Under the pieces are notes generated by a model. That model saw only the letters and a list, made by a program, of their open reading frames with translations, had not been told where the DNA came from and ran no database searches. A DNA stretch of 64,000 nt. Origin: Candidatus Levyibacteriota bacterium. Its GTDB lineage: Bacteria; Patescibacteriota; Microgenomatia; Levybacterales; UBA12049. The translations under genes and the position numbers were made by a program. Location: NCBI GenBank assembly GCA_016432345.1, contig CP066685.1, forward strand, positions 695,740 to 759,739. Direction: 5' to 3'. Below, one piece after another: positions 36,528 through 45,634 of this stretch. Numbering within the stretch: the first letter of the stretch is position 1; every line of letters begins with the position of its first letter.

Positions 36528-37565
36528 ATGGAAGAGCAACTAATCGATATTAAAAATGCCGCGCTTTCTTTAATTCTTGATGCAAAAGATAAGGCAGAAC
36601 TCGAGGAAATAAAATTACAATTTTTAGGAAGAAACGGCACATTTACTTTAATATTAAAAGACCTTCCAAAAATCCCAAAAGAAAAAAGGCCTGCCGTTGG
36701 ACAACTAGCTAATAGTGTCAAAATAACGATCTCTGACGCAATTGATAGACAAAACTTAAAACTAAAAACCGAAAAACCAAAACAGCAAAAAGATGTTCTT
36801 GATGTTACCATGCCTGGCCACAAACCGCCGCTTGGACACCATCATCTTATTACCCAAGCAATTTCAGAGATTACTGCTATATTTGAAAAAATTGGTTTTA
36901 CCCGCGTCAAATACCCAGAGGTCGAATGGGATTGGTACGCCTTTGAAGGATTGAATTTTCCTAAAGATCACCCAGCCCGAGACGACTGGGAAACATTTTT
37001 TATCAAACAAAAACCAGATCCTAAAAAAGGCCCGGTTATTTTAACCCCTCATACTTCTTCCGGGCAGATTAGAGAAATGGAACGGGTAAAAACTCCTCCA
37101 ATTAGAATGCTTAACATCGCCAAATGCTACCGAAGACAATCTGACGTTTCTCATTCACCAATGTTTCACCAATTTGAAGGATTAGTAGTAGACAAAAATA
37201 TTTCAATCACACATCTAAAAGGAACGCTTGATTATTTTGTTAAATCATACTTTGGCGCCAACAGAAAATCTCGAATTAGACCATACCATTTTCAGTTTAC
37301 CGAACCGTCATTTGAAGTTGATGTTTCCTGTGGCATTTGTCTTGGCCGAGGATGTAAACTTTGTAAAGCAGGATGGTTGGAAATGGGAGGAGCAGGCATG
37401 GTCCATCCAAATGTTCTAAAATTTGGGGGAATTAATTCTAAAGAGTACTCTGGATTTGCTTTTGGTTGGGGAGTCGAACGAGTGTTGATGATGAAAGAAG
37501 GAATAGAGATAGACGATCTGCGATTATTATATTCCAATAATTTAGATTTCTTAGAGCAATTCTAG
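36528..37565 (+). CDS. pheS: Phenylalanine--tRNA ligase alpha subunit
   Basis: Class II motifs (FPKDHPARD, CYRRQSDVSHSPMFHQFEGL, GWLEMGGAGMVHP); 345 aa. Confidence 0.9.
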   Translation: MEEQLIDIKNAALSLILDAKDKAELEEIKLQFLGRNGTFTLILKDLPKIPKEKRPAVGQLANSVKITISDAIDRQNLKLKTEKPKQQKDVLDVTMPGHKPPLGHHHLITQAISEITAIFEKIGFTRVKYPEVEWDWYAFEGLNFPKDHPARDDWETFFIKQKPDPKKGPVILTPHTSSGQIREMERVKTPPIRMLNIAKCYRRQSDVSHSPMFHQFEGLVVDKNISITHLKGTLDYFVKSYFGANRKSRIRPYHFQFTEPSFEVDVSCGICLGRGCKLCKAGWLEMGGAGMVHPNVLKFGGINSKEYSGFAFGWGVERVLMMKEGIEIDDLRLLYSNNLDFLEQF

Positions 37566-37647
37566 TATCAGCGTATAGTTAATAGCGTCTAGCGTATAGT
37601 TTTAGATTTAACTAAACGCTAATTTCTAAACGCTATACGCTAAATAT
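37566..37647 (+). repeat. Imperfect palindromic repeat element of the AGCGTATAG / CTAAACGCT family filling the pheS-pheT spacer
   Basis: CAGCGTATAGTT, TAGCGTCTAGCGTATAGTT ... CTAAACGCTATACGCTA: inverted arms able to form a long hairpin; shares motifs with 48901-48977 and 49946-49976. Confidence 0.7.
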
Positions 37648-39609
37648 ATGAATATAAAAATTTTAGACAGTTGGCTTCGTCAACACATAAAAACAAAAGC
37701 CACGCCGGAAAAAATTGCCGAAATTTTATCTCTTACTTCTGTATCTGTTGAAAGAATTGAAAAAATCGACAATGATTTTATCTATGATATCGAAGTAACA
37801 ACAAACAGGCCAGACATTATGTCTGTTATTGGGCTGGCACGAGAAACTGCAGCAGCCTTAAAACAGTCCGGAATCGATGCAACATATATTCCTTATCTAC
37901 CAAAAGGGCTCGAAAAAGTAAAAAGTAATACCAAAGTTATTATTAAAAATGATGCAAGACTGGTAAATAGAATTTGTGCTGTTGTAATGGATGTGAACAT
38001 AAAACCAACTCCGGATATTATTACAAAAAGAATCGAAGCATCAGGCATTCGATCACTCAATAATCTTATTGATATAACAAATTATGTCATGCTGGAAATT
38101 GGTCATCCAACCCATGTCTTTGATTACGATAGATTACTAGAATCTACCCTTATCATTCGAGAGTCTAAAAAAGGAGAAAAAGTTACTACCCTTGATAACA
38201 AAACGCATACACTTCTAGGCGGAGATATTGTGGCAGATAACGGAAAAGGAGAAATTATAGATTTGCTGGGGATTATGGGCACAAAAAACAGTGTGGTAAC
38301 CAACAATACAAAAAGAATACTCTTCTTTATCGACAACAACGATCCTGTTCGCATTAGAAAAACATCTATGTCTTTAGGCATTCGAACAGATGCTGCTGTA
38401 ATAAACGAAAAAAATATCGATCCAACACTTGCTATGACTTCGCTGCTTGCCGGAATCGAGTTATACAAGGAATCGACAGATGGAAAAATGCTCTCCAACA
38501 TCATAGATATCTACCCAAATAAAGTAAAACCAAAAATAGTATCTGTAACACTCAAAAAAATTCAAACCCTTTTGGGCATCAACATAAACCTATCAACTGT
38601 TATACAAATCCTTAAAAGCCTAGAATTTGAAGTAGTAAGTAAAAAAAACGACCAATTGGTAGTTTCTGTACCCAGTTTTAGGACAAACGACGTTACGATA
38701 GAAGAGGATATTTGTGAAGAAGTCGCCCGCCTTTACGGGTACCATAACTTGCCGACTTTGCTTCCTCCACTTTCAAGTATCCAACATTACTCTGTTGAAA
38801 AAAACAGTTTTTATTGGGAGGAACGAATTAAAAATATCCTTAAGTACTGGGGATTTACCGAAATGTATACATATTCGTTGGTTTCAGAAGACTTGTTTGA
38901 TGGACCGGTAGAAAATGCAGTCAAGCTATCAAACCCATTAACAGAAGATATGTTATATCTACGAAAAACACTAATTCCCAGTCTTTTGCAGACGGTAAGA
39001 GAAAATAAAAACCGAGAGTCTATGATGATTTTTGAAATTGCCAATATTTACGAAAAAACAGATGACAAACATCTTCCTAACGAAATCCCAATGCTGGCCG
39101 GCATTGTAAAAAAACAAGATGTAACATTTTTCGACGTCAAGGGAATACTGGAACAGCTTTTTGCCGATGTAGGAATATCAAATATCCAATTCAAAAAAAA
39201 TAAAGAGGGGATAGAAAAAATACATATCCACTGCAATAACTCTGTTATTGGAGAAGTTGAAATCCTGGAAGAAACTTTAATTAACTTTGAAATAAATTTT
39301 GTAAAGTTATTGTCTTTCGTAAACAACAAAAAAGTCTATACCCCAATTGGCAAATATCCGCCAATTATTGAGGACATCGCTTTTATTTTTGAAAAACCAA
39401 TTACAGTTGGAGATGTTATTTCAGAAATAAAAAGCCAAGATCCTCTTATTAAAGAAGTTTCCCTATTAGATGCTTATGAGCATACAAAAACATTTCATAT
39501 TATTTACCAACATAGAGAAAAAAATCTTACTTCAGAGGATGTTGCACCCATCCGGGAAAAAATCCTCAAAGCAATTAAAGAAACCTTCTGTGCAAAAATA
39601 AAAGAATAA
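37648..39609 (+). CDS. pheT: Phenylalanine--tRNA ligase beta subunit, short form (653 aa; apparently lacking the N-terminal EMAP-type tRNA-binding domain)
   Basis: B3/4 and B5 region motifs (DIEVTTNRPDIMSVIGLARE); length about 150 aa less than typical bacterial PheT. Confidence 0.8.
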   Translation: MNIKILDSWLRQHIKTKATPEKIAEILSLTSVSVERIEKIDNDFIYDIEVTTNRPDIMSVIGLARETAAALKQSGIDATYIPYLPKGLEKVKSNTKVIIKNDARLVNRICAVVMDVNIKPTPDIITKRIEASGIRSLNNLIDITNYVMLEIGHPTHVFDYDRLLESTLIIRESKKGEKVTTLDNKTHTLLGGDIVADNGKGEIIDLLGIMGTKNSVVTNNTKRILFFIDNNDPVRIRKTSMSLGIRTDAAVINEKNIDPTLAMTSLLAGIELYKESTDGKMLSNIIDIYPNKVKPKIVSVTLKKIQTLLGININLSTVIQILKSLEFEVVSKKNDQLVVSVPSFRTNDVTIEEDICEEVARLYGYHNLPTLLPPLSSIQHYSVEKNSFYWEERIKNILKYWGFTEMYTYSLVSEDLFDGPVENAVKLSNPLTEDMLYLRKTLIPSLLQTVRENKNRESMMIFEIANIYEKTDDKHLPNEIPMLAGIVKKQDVTFFDVKGILEQLFADVGISNIQFKKNKEGIEKIHIHCNNSVIGEVEILEETLINFEINFVKLLSFVNNKKVYTPIGKYPPIIEDIAFIFEKPITVGDVISEIKSQDPLIKEVSLLDAYEHTKTFHIIYQHREKNLTSEDVAPIREKILKAIKETFCAKIKE

Positions 39610-39613
39610 ACTA

Positions 39614-39653
39614 CTTTTCCACCTTAGAGGTGGAATGCTATTGACACCTTGGG
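39614..39653 (+). repeat. Left REP-like hairpin of the Y1-transposase unit (TTCCACC-TTAGA-GGTGGAA plus downstream CTATTGACACCTT)
   Basis: Perfect 7-bp stem hairpin; its exact reverse complement occurs at 40378-40396. Confidence 0.7.
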
Positions 39654-40353
39654 TATTTTCGTTTACTCTAGCAATATGCCGGGAAGAAAAACGCCACTGG
39701 TAAATAACGAAATATACCACATCTTTAATAGAGGTGTCGCATCGCAACCAACATTTCTCAATAAAAGAGACTATGACAGAGCTTTAGAAACAATTTTCTA
39801 CTATCAAAATAGCATTCCTCCAATAAAATACTCTCGTTTCCTATCTTTATCTACAGAAGATAGAACTGAGTTATTCGAAAATTTAGCAAAACAGAAAAAT
39901 TTTCTAGTAGAAATCATTTCGTACTGCCTTATGCCTAATCACTTTCATTTTCTGTTGAGACAAATAAAAGATGGTGGTATTGCAAAGTTTATAAGTAACT
40001 TTACAAATAGTTATACCCGCTTTTTCAATACAAAACGAGAAAGAACAGGGCCGCTTTTTACAGGAAAGTTTAAATCTGTAAGGATTGAAACACAAGAACA
40101 ACTTCTCCACGTTTCAAGATATATCCATTTGAATCCATATACTTCTTTTGTTGCAAAAACACTTAAAGACCTTGAAACTTATCCCTATTCTTCTTTTCCA
40201 GAATTCATTAACAAAGTAAAATCAAATTTTTGTACTAAGGACATTGTTTTAGCTAACTACAAAAATATAGAATCTTATAAACAATTCGTTTTTGACCAAG
40301 CAGACTACCAACGATCATTAGGTCTAATAAAACATCTAACCACAGAGAATTAG
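39649..40353 (+). mobile_element. HUH-Y1 transposase of the IS200 / REP-associated tyrosine transposase (RAYT) type
   Basis: YHIFNRG N-terminal motif, HUH motif MPNHFHFLL, catalytic-Tyr helix VSRYIHLNPY (YIxxNP signature); flanked by inverted REP-like hairpins. Confidence 0.7.
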
Positions 40354-40377
40354 GTATTACCAGAGGTGGCGTATCTG

Positions 40378-40396
40378 TTCCACCTCTAAGGTGGAA
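40378..40396 (+). repeat. Right REP-like hairpin (TTCCACC-TCTAA-GGTGGAA), the exact inverse of the left one
   Basis: Reverse complement of 39617-39635; 22 nt beyond the convergent PBP1A stop. Confidence 0.7.
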
Positions 40397-40418
40397 AATG
40401 ATAACAGGAGAAACTTAG

Positions 40419-42776
40419 TCAAAGTGTTGACGTCGGTGTTGGAATAGAGGTATTGGTTGGCGTTGGAGTAGGAGTATCTGAAACAACCCGCGTTGATTTT
40501 TCGGTTGGAGGGTGATAAAAAGGATCATCTTTATAATGCTCGTTTATCCATTCATTAATACCATCTTGCCATCTGTTTTTTCCATCACCCGAAAATGGAT
40601 CTTCTTCCGCAAAATTAATAAATTTTTTGGTATCGTACTCGTTATGCGCAATTTCTGAATCGCTGGCAAGCTTATTATTATCTGCTTTGGAAACTTTAAA
40701 CTCCTTATATATTGCTGACGGTCCTTGCGGCTGTGTCCCTTTAATATAATATTCTGCTCTGGTTTTTTGTCCGTCCACTGGTAACCCTCCGCCCAAACTA
40801 TCTATAGTTACTGCTGTTACATTATCTGGTTTATTAAATTCTTCATTTGGTTTATTTTTTAGCGCTTCTAAAATAATTCTCCTCCAAATTGGCGCGGCGC
40901 CTGTTACGCCTGACGCCACATTCCCCATTGGACTGTTGTCGTTATTCCCAACCCAAGTCGCCACCAAAATACTTGGCGTCCATCCAATTGTCCAGTTATC
41001 TCTTTTATCATCAGTTGTTCCTGTTTTTACAGCAATTTCTCGTCCAGTAATATTTAAATAACTGTTTTCTCCAAAAGTAATCAGTCTGGCATTATTATCA
41101 AATAATATATGAGAAACAATAAACGCCACCTCGGAACTTAATACTCTTTTTGGCGATGCTTCCTTATTTTCGTACAAAACTTTTCCTTTTCTATCGGTTA
41201 CTTTAAGAATCGCAATCGGTTCAACATGATACCCGCCATTGGCAAACGCGCTGTATGCCGATGCCAATTCCATCATGTGTACCTCGCCGCCGCCAAGTGT
41301 TATAGACAAACCAAAATGTTTCACATTATCATCTGATGGTTCAAAAGTGGAAATACCCATACTATATGCGGTTGTTAACATATTTTTTACACCAACTTGC
41401 GCTAGCATCTTTACAGCCGGAATATTAAGCGAGGATCCAAGCGCAAAACGCATCTGTACCGGCCCATGAAATTTACCATCGTAATTCTTTGGCTCGTAAT
41501 CTTTTCCTCCCTGATTTGGAAATACTGTTTTTGTATCCATAAGAAGTGTCGATGCGCTAAAACCTTTTAAAAGCGCGGTGGCGTATGTTACAGGTTTTAT
41601 AGAAGAACCTGGTTGTCTTAATGCTTGAGTTACCACATTAAATTGTCCATCAAAAGACACTCTTTTTAAAGTTCCCGACTCTGTGGCAAAGAAATCTTTA
41701 CTCCCCACCATTGCTAAAATTTCTCCATTCTTAGGATTTATCACAATGCTTGCTCCGTTACCAACCTTAAGAGAAGCCGCAGCATCAACTTCTTCTTTTA
41801 CAATCTCTTCTGCTTTTTGTTGTAGTTTATAATCAATGGTTGTTGTTACCTGTAAACCCCCTTGTTCAACCATATTTTCTCCAAATTTTTTAATAAGTAG
41901 ATCTTTTACATAAAAAGAAAAATGCGGCGCTTTTATAGATTGACTTTTAGATAAAAATTCAACTTTGTCTAAAGATTTTACCGCTTCTTTTTCTTGTTTT
42001 TCTGTAATATAGCCATCCTCCTGCATTCGCCGCAAGACGTCTTTTGTACGATTAATATATGCTTTTTTATTTAACCCATAAGGAGAATAATAAGAAGGAA
42101 GCTGGGGAAACCCAGCTAAAATTGCCGATTCTGCAAGAGTTAAATCTTTGGCTTTTTTGCCAAAATACCCCTCACTTGCCGCCTCAACACCAACCATAGT
42201 TCCTCCATATGGCGCGATATTAAGATAAAGTTCCAGAATCTGATCTTTTTTATACTTTTTATCTACTTGAATTGCTAAAATAAGCTCTTTTATTTTTCGA
42301 GGCAAAGAACGCTCTGATGTTAAAAGCGTATTTTTTACCAACTGCTGCGTCAGTGTTGATCCTCCGGTAACGCGGCGAAATAAAAGCGCATCACGAAAAA
42401 CCCGCAAGTATGCCATGGGAGAAAATCCTTGATTTGTGTAAAAATCTTTGTCTTCAATGGCAATTGTTGCGAGTTTTATACTTTTAGGAATATCTTTTAA
42501 TTCCACATACGTTCTATTTTGATCTTCAAAAATATCGTATAGTAAAACCTCATTTCTGTCGAAAATCTTTGTTGATTGCGACAAGTTGCTGGCTGACAAC
42601 TTGCCAGGAGTTGGCAAATCGCGGCCATACCAGAAAAAAAGCGCTATCACAAATAAAACAAGTCCAATTGTCCCAAAAAAAACCAGTTTCACCAAACCGC
42701 TAATTAACAAAAGGTTTTTAGATCTATAAACTCGATCGCGTCTTCGACTTCTAAATCCTAACATGATTATACGCAT
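40419..42776 (-). CDS. Class A penicillin-binding protein (PBP1A; glycosyltransferase plus transpeptidase) with a Thr/Pro-rich C-terminal tail
   Basis: N-terminal TM anchor; GT51 motifs (EDKDFYTNQGFS, RKIKELILA); transpeptidase SxxK/SxN/KTG (STLK, SLN, KTGTT); C-terminus TPTPTPTNTSIPTPTSTL. Confidence 0.85.
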   Translation of the reverse strand: MRIIMLGFRSRRRDRVYRSKNLLLISGLVKLVFFGTIGLVLFVIALFFWYGRDLPTPGKLSASNLSQSTKIFDRNEVLLYDIFEDQNRTYVELKDIPKSIKLATIAIEDKDFYTNQGFSPMAYLRVFRDALLFRRVTGGSTLTQQLVKNTLLTSERSLPRKIKELILAIQVDKKYKKDQILELYLNIAPYGGTMVGVEAASEGYFGKKAKDLTLAESAILAGFPQLPSYYSPYGLNKKAYINRTKDVLRRMQEDGYITEKQEKEAVKSLDKVEFLSKSQSIKAPHFSFYVKDLLIKKFGENMVEQGGLQVTTTIDYKLQQKAEEIVKEEVDAAASLKVGNGASIVINPKNGEILAMVGSKDFFATESGTLKRVSFDGQFNVVTQALRQPGSSIKPVTYATALLKGFSASTLLMDTKTVFPNQGGKDYEPKNYDGKFHGPVQMRFALGSSLNIPAVKMLAQVGVKNMLTTAYSMGISTFEPSDDNVKHFGLSITLGGGEVHMMELASAYSAFANGGYHVEPIAILKVTDRKGKVLYENKEASPKRVLSSEVAFIVSHILFDNNARLITFGENSYLNITGREIAVKTGTTDDKRDNWTIGWTPSILVATWVGNNDNSPMGNVASGVTGAAPIWRRIILEALKNKPNEEFNKPDNVTAVTIDSLGGGLPVDGQKTRAEYYIKGTQPQGPSAIYKEFKVSKADNNKLASDSEIAHNEYDTKKFINFAEEDPFSGDGKNRWQDGINEWINEHYKDDPFYHPPTEKSTRVVSDTPTPTPTNTSIPTPTSTL

Positions 42777-42815
42777 AGTATAGCAAATTTCAGTTTTTCT
42801 TGTTATACTTTAGGC

Positions 42816-43988
42816 ATGGATGCAATCACGGAATTATTAACGCGAGGCGTTGATACCATCTATCCCGATAAGGTTGAACTCGAAAAAGTGCTTCGAGAAG
42901 GGCAAAAACTACGAGTCTACCAGGGATTCGACCCAACTTCCCCACAGTTTCATATTGGACATATGGTAGGACTACGTAAACTTTCTCAATGGCAAAATTT
43001 GGGACATGAAGTAATCTTTCTTATTGGAGATTTTACCGCTATGACAGGCGACCCAACAGGAAAAGATAAAACCCGAATTCCTTTAACTCGAGAGCAGGTT
43101 TTAGAAAATGCAAAAACATACAAAGAACAGGCATCGAAAATTCTTAATTTTAGTGGAAAAAATCCAACCGTTATCAAATATAACAGCGATTGGCTGGCAA
43201 AAATGTCTGTATTGGAATTTGCAAATTTAGCTTATCATTTATCTCTTAACCAGATAATAAAAAGAGATATGTTTCAAAAAAGAATTGCGAATAATATGGA
43301 TATCTCTATGACAGAAATTTTTTATCCGCTTATGCAAGGATACGACTCTGTTGCGATGAATGTTGATGTGGAAGTCGGAGGAAGTGATCAAATGTTTAAC
43401 ATGATGACAGGACGCGACCTTATGCATAAAATAAAAAGAAAAAACAAATTCGTTATGACTACACCTCTTCTCACAGATTCACAAGGAGTAAAAATAGGTA
43501 AAACCGAAGGCAATTCGATTGCTCTTACCGACAAACCCGAAGATTTGTTTGGGAAAATAATGACACTCCCAGATGATGTTATGCAAAAGGGCTTTGAATA
43601 TCTTACCGACGTGCCAATGGATGAAATTAATTCAATGAACAATGATTTTATGAAAAATAAAAAAAGGCTGGCATATGAAATTGTTAAACAACTTAATAAT
43701 GAAAGCGCGGCAAAAGAGGCCGAAAGATATTTTGAAAAAACAGTTCAGAAAAAAGAAATACCAAGCGATATCAAGGAATTTTCGTGGTCTACCGGAAAGT
43801 CTTTGGTAGATTTTCTTACTGAATCAAAACTCGCAACAAGCAAAACTGATGCCAAACGCTTAATCGAACAAGGCGGAGTGGCAATTGATGAAGAAATAAT
43901 AACCGATTCCAACGCGCCGTTTTCGGGAACAGATGACTCTATCGTACGAGTTGGAAAAAGAAAATTTATTAGAGTCTCTATAAAGTAA
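42816..43988 (+). CDS. tyrS: Tyrosine--tRNA ligase
   Basis: Class I HIGH (FHIGHMVG) and KMSKS-like (KIGKTEG) motifs; S4-like C-terminal domain; 390 aa. Confidence 0.85.
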   Translation: MDAITELLTRGVDTIYPDKVELEKVLREGQKLRVYQGFDPTSPQFHIGHMVGLRKLSQWQNLGHEVIFLIGDFTAMTGDPTGKDKTRIPLTREQVLENAKTYKEQASKILNFSGKNPTVIKYNSDWLAKMSVLEFANLAYHLSLNQIIKRDMFQKRIANNMDISMTEIFYPLMQGYDSVAMNVDVEVGGSDQMFNMMTGRDLMHKIKRKNKFVMTTPLLTDSQGVKIGKTEGNSIALTDKPEDLFGKIMTLPDDVMQKGFEYLTDVPMDEINSMNNDFMKNKKRLAYEIVKQLNNESAAKEAERYFEKTVQKKEIPSDIKEFSWSTGKSLVDFLTESKLATSKTDAKRLIEQGGVAIDEEIITDSNAPFSGTDDSIVRVGKRKFIRVSIK

Positions 43989-43989
43989 C

Positions 43990-45507
43990 ATGCAAAATAA
44001 ATACGCTTTAATTAGTGTTTTTGATAAAACTGGAATTGCCGATTTTGCAAAACAAATTGTAAATTTTGGATACAAAATTATTTCAACTGGCGGTACTGCA
44101 AAAACCCTCCAAGAAAATGGAGTACAAATTATCCCCATTCAAGATATAACAGGCAGCCCCGAAAGCTTTGACGGCAGAATGAAAACAATTAGTTTTCAAA
44201 TTGAGTCTGGAATTTTATTCGATCGGTCAAATTTAAAACACGTTAAGCAAGCTGAAGCACTAAAAATAAAACCGATTGACCTTGTTATCTGTAATCTCTA
44301 TCCATTTGAAAAAGAGCAAACAATCGAAAATATTGACGTGGGCGGCCCGACTATGATTAGGGCAGCAGCTAAGAATTTTAAAAACGTAATTGTTGCCGTT
44401 GATCCTAATGATTATGAAAAAGTTGCAAATGAACTCAAAAAACCCACGCCTGAATTAAGAAAAAAACTTGCCGCCAAAGCGTTTGCGCATTTATCTCTTT
44501 ATGACAGTCAAATTGCAAAATATCTCACATCTGAACTTTTTCCGAATGAAGTTACTATTCCAGGTAGAAAAGCAAAAGACCTTCGCTATGGAGAAAACCC
44601 TCATCAACAAGCAAGCCTTTATTTTTTTCCAAATACCAATTCTCCACTCAAAAAACTAGAACGACTATGGGGCAGAGAACTATCCCTGCTAAATGTTACC
44701 GATATAAACGCAGGTCTGGCATCAGTAAAAATGTTTAACGAACCCGCAGCAGCTGTAATAAAGCATAACAACCCATGCGGTATTGCTCTTGGCAAAAATG
44801 CAGCCGAAGCCCTAAAGCTGGCAATTGCAGCAGATCCCGAATCTGCCTTCGGCGGAGTTATGGTATTAAACAAGCCAATCAATACAGCAACTGCAAGCGT
44901 TATCACAATGTTTAAAGATGAAAAAAAAAGTAATGTAGATATACTAGCAGCGCCAGAAATAGATAAAGAAGCCTTTGCTGTTCTATCGAAACTTCGAAAA
45001 AGTATGGGAATTTATGTATTTGGCGCTATACCAAAAATAACAGATCCAATGGATATCAAACATATCGAAGGCGGTTTTATTCTCCAAACCGCAGATGATG
45101 TTTTGAATGGATTTTCTGGTTGGGAAGTAGTTACGCAGAAAAAACCAACCGAGCAACAACTACAGCAAATGCAGATTGCCTGGAAATTTATTACTAGAAT
45201 TAAATCAAATGCTGTCATTGTTGTTGACAAAGATTTGCCAATGACACGAGGCATTGGCACAGGCCAAACATCAAGAGTTAGAGCAGTAAAAATTGCGCTT
45301 GAACAGGCAGGGGATCATATCAAAAATGCAATACTTGCCAGCGACAGCTTTTTCCCATTTGGCGACTCTGTGGCACTTGCGGCAAACAAGGGTATTTCAG
45401 CAATAGTCCAACAAGGCGGATCAATCAATGACCAATCATCCATTGATGCGGCAAACAAAGCAGGAATTGCGATGGTCTTTACCCACCGCCGCGCGTTTTG
45501 GCACTAA
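43990..45507 (+). CDS. purH: Bifunctional AICAR transformylase / IMP cyclohydrolase
   Basis: MGS-like N-terminus (ALISVFDKTGI...ISTGGTAK) plus an AICARFT domain; 505 aa. Confidence 0.85.
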   Translation: MQNKYALISVFDKTGIADFAKQIVNFGYKIISTGGTAKTLQENGVQIIPIQDITGSPESFDGRMKTISFQIESGILFDRSNLKHVKQAEALKIKPIDLVICNLYPFEKEQTIENIDVGGPTMIRAAAKNFKNVIVAVDPNDYEKVANELKKPTPELRKKLAAKAFAHLSLYDSQIAKYLTSELFPNEVTIPGRKAKDLRYGENPHQQASLYFFPNTNSPLKKLERLWGRELSLLNVTDINAGLASVKMFNEPAAAVIKHNNPCGIALGKNAAEALKLAIAADPESAFGGVMVLNKPINTATASVITMFKDEKKSNVDILAAPEIDKEAFAVLSKLRKSMGIYVFGAIPKITDPMDIKHIEGGFILQTADDVLNGFSGWEVVTQKKPTEQQLQQMQIAWKFITRIKSNAVIVVDKDLPMTRGIGTGQTSRVRAVKIALEQAGDHIKNAILASDSFFPFGDSVALAANKGISAIVQQGGSINDQSSIDAANKAGIAMVFTHRRAFWH

Positions 45508-45634
45508 AATATGGTATTATAGATATATGGACACATTTCGAAAACACCAGTGGATTTGGAAAATAATCGTTGTTGTTTCTTCTTTGGCGCTTATCGCAAC
45601 ATCTGTGCTTCCTTTCCTACCGCGTTAATACCGT

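Noticed and set aside
40440-40500. Thr/Pro-rich stretches (PBP1A C-terminus and pilin linkers around 59330-59410 and 59990-60070) as possible mobile repeats
   Set aside because: They are low-complexity coding linkers (TPTPT...). The similarity between the pilin copies is real, but the PBP1A one is only compositional.
45527-45628. 33-aa hydrophobic micro-ORF (MDTFRKHQWIWKIIVVVSSLALIATSVLPFLPR) between purH and recG
   Set aside because: Plausible small membrane peptide, but unsupported beyond hydrophobicity.
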